Source of the DNA: a virus
Taxonomy: Duplodnaviria > Heunggongvirae > Uroviricota > Caudoviricetes
Length of the DNA stretch: 15,756 nt
Virus record (IMG/VR): IMGVR_UViG_2778261543_000003
Span: 1-15,756 of that record
Reading direction: 5' to 3' (one strand)
Shown here: piece after piece, positions 14,569 through 15,756 of the stretch
Numbering within the stretch: position 1 is the first letter of the stretch
Layout: every line of letters begins with the position of its first letter
The notes under the pieces: generated by a model
What the model saw: the letters and a program-made list of their open reading frames with translations, nothing else
What the model was told of the DNA's origin: nothing
The model's database searches: none
Translations under genes and position numbers: made by a program

Positions 14569-15111
14569 ATGAACTACCCAACCGTTGTTAACGATATAGA
14601 TTTCAGAGACCTAATTTTTGTAGCAAACAACGATCCGGTTACAGATTCTTTTATGGTGGCAAAAGCATTTGGAAAGCTGCCGAAGAACGTAGTTCGCGAC
14701 ATTGAGCGAACCATAGAAGCTTGCCCTCCTGAGTTTGATACAAAGCTCAACTTTGAGCTTTGCTATAAAAACAATGAGTTACAGAATGGTAAGCCGCAAA
14801 AATTCTACCGTCTCCGCAAGGATGGGTTGATGCTTTTGGTTATGTCCTACACCAAAAAAGAAGCAATGCGTATCAAAATTGCTTACATCAACGCATTTAA
14901 CTGGATGTACGCCATGCTTCAGGTTGGTCATCGTCAATTTGAAGAAGAGAGAAATGCCGTAATGCTGGAGTACATGAAAGAGAAGGATGTTGCCAGCATG
15001 TCAGGTCGCCTGCTAAATCGCTGGGGCAAAATTAAGAAGCCACAGTTGCTGGCTAGAATTGAACGCCTTGAACAGCACGGGCAAACCGTAATCCCCGGAC
15101 TCATCAATTAA
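14569..15111 (+). CDS. Rha-family phage regulatory protein
   Basis: N-terminal pattern V..FGK...NV.RDIE ... NFE ... Y.L.KDG.MLLVM..T...A...K.AYINAFN typical of the Rha domain as I recall it. Confidence 0.65.
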   Translation: MNYPTVVNDIDFRDLIFVANNDPVTDSFMVAKAFGKLPKNVVRDIERTIEACPPEFDTKLNFELCYKNNELQNGKPQKFYRLRKDGLMLLVMSYTKKEAMRIKIAYINAFNWMYAMLQVGHRQFEEERNAVMLEYMKEKDVASMSGRLLNRWGKIKKPQLLARIERLEQHGQTVIPGLIN

Positions 15112-15330
15112 CGGCAGTACCGCGAAACAACCCAAGCCAGTAAGTGGGGAAATAACACTGGCAGCCACTGAAAGATGAACCTCCAGCCTTATGGCAAAAA
15201 AGATTCTTTGTGGTGGCGGACTGATGGAAAGACATCGGATAGAATAAAACAGTGGCTAGGGTAGCTCCCGAAAAGCGGAATCGTCACCGCCAGCCACTGA
15301 ATCTATGACGAACAACTAGACGAGGTTGAT

Positions 15331-15573
15331 ATGAGTGAAATTGATAAAATAATAAATGGTACATGTAACTTTCAATCAATGCCGCCAGGTAGTTATGTAA
15401 AACAATGTAGTGAAATAGTTAATGGTCAGCTTGTAATGTCAAATGCAGGACGTGGAGTTTCTACGGATGAAAAAAAATCAATAAATGAAGCCCTATTAAG
15501 CATCAATGTTTTTGACTTGTTTCGCCCATCTTGGGTTATTTTGCAAAATAGTAGTCAATTCCCACATTATTGA
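15331..15573 (+). CDS. AT-rich hypothetical protein (80 aa)
   Basis: GAGG 6 nt upstream of ATG; markedly AT-rich by eye; no family recognised. Confidence 0.45.
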   Translation: MSEIDKIINGTCNFQSMPPGSYVKQCSEIVNGQLVMSNAGRGVSTDEKKSINEALLSINVFDLFRPSWVILQNSSQFPHY

Positions 15574-15756
15574 TAAATTAATTAATAAATTGGTCGCTAA
15601 GTCGGCCTTTTTTATTGCCATCACAAAAGCCATTCCTTACTGAGTGGCTTTGATAATGGCTTATACCCTACACGGGATAACTTAACTGATATCCCTTTTA
15701 AGGAAGGTGCGAATAAGCAGGTCATTTCTTCCCAAGCTGACTCGCTGATTAAAATT

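Noticed and set aside
1-15756. Searched by eye for CRISPR arrays, integrase/att sites, reverse transcriptase or restriction-modification signatures
   Set aside because: No regularly spaced direct-repeat array, no tyrosine or serine recombinase-like ORF, and no RT or methyltransferase motifs recognised; the window appears to be internal to the prophage.

Overview
This window is the early/immunity region, late-gene switch and lysis cassette of a lambdoid (phage lambda-like) enterobacterial prophage. All calls are made by eye from the sequence and from recalled protein families; no database search was run. Minus strand, leftward pL operon: OL/pL, nutL, a long structured leader with a small membrane-peptide ORF, N antiterminator, an AT-rich two-gene cassette coupled to N, an intrinsic terminator, a strongly acidic protein, several small ORFs, then a recombination module (Rad52-like annealase, SSB, DEDDh exonuclease) and Ea22-region genes. 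Centre: cI-type repressor with a cotranscribed AT-rich membrane/coiled-coil gene, three ATAAC-N4-GTTAT operators, cro-like gene, nutR, cII, a candidate OOP-like antisense terminator, O with internal iterons, DnaB-type helicase. Right: nin region (NinB/E/F/G, ninH remnant), Q-like antiterminator with a pR'-like promoter, two tRNAs, S-R-Rz/Rz1 lysis cassette, Rha-family regulator and a terminal AT-rich ORF. No CRISPR array, integrase or att site was seen. The best candidates for undescribed function are the cI-linked membrane protein in the rexAB slot, the N-coupled AT-rich cassette, the acidic protein beside the recombination genes, the SSB with an extended C-terminus, and the peptide ORF in the N leader.
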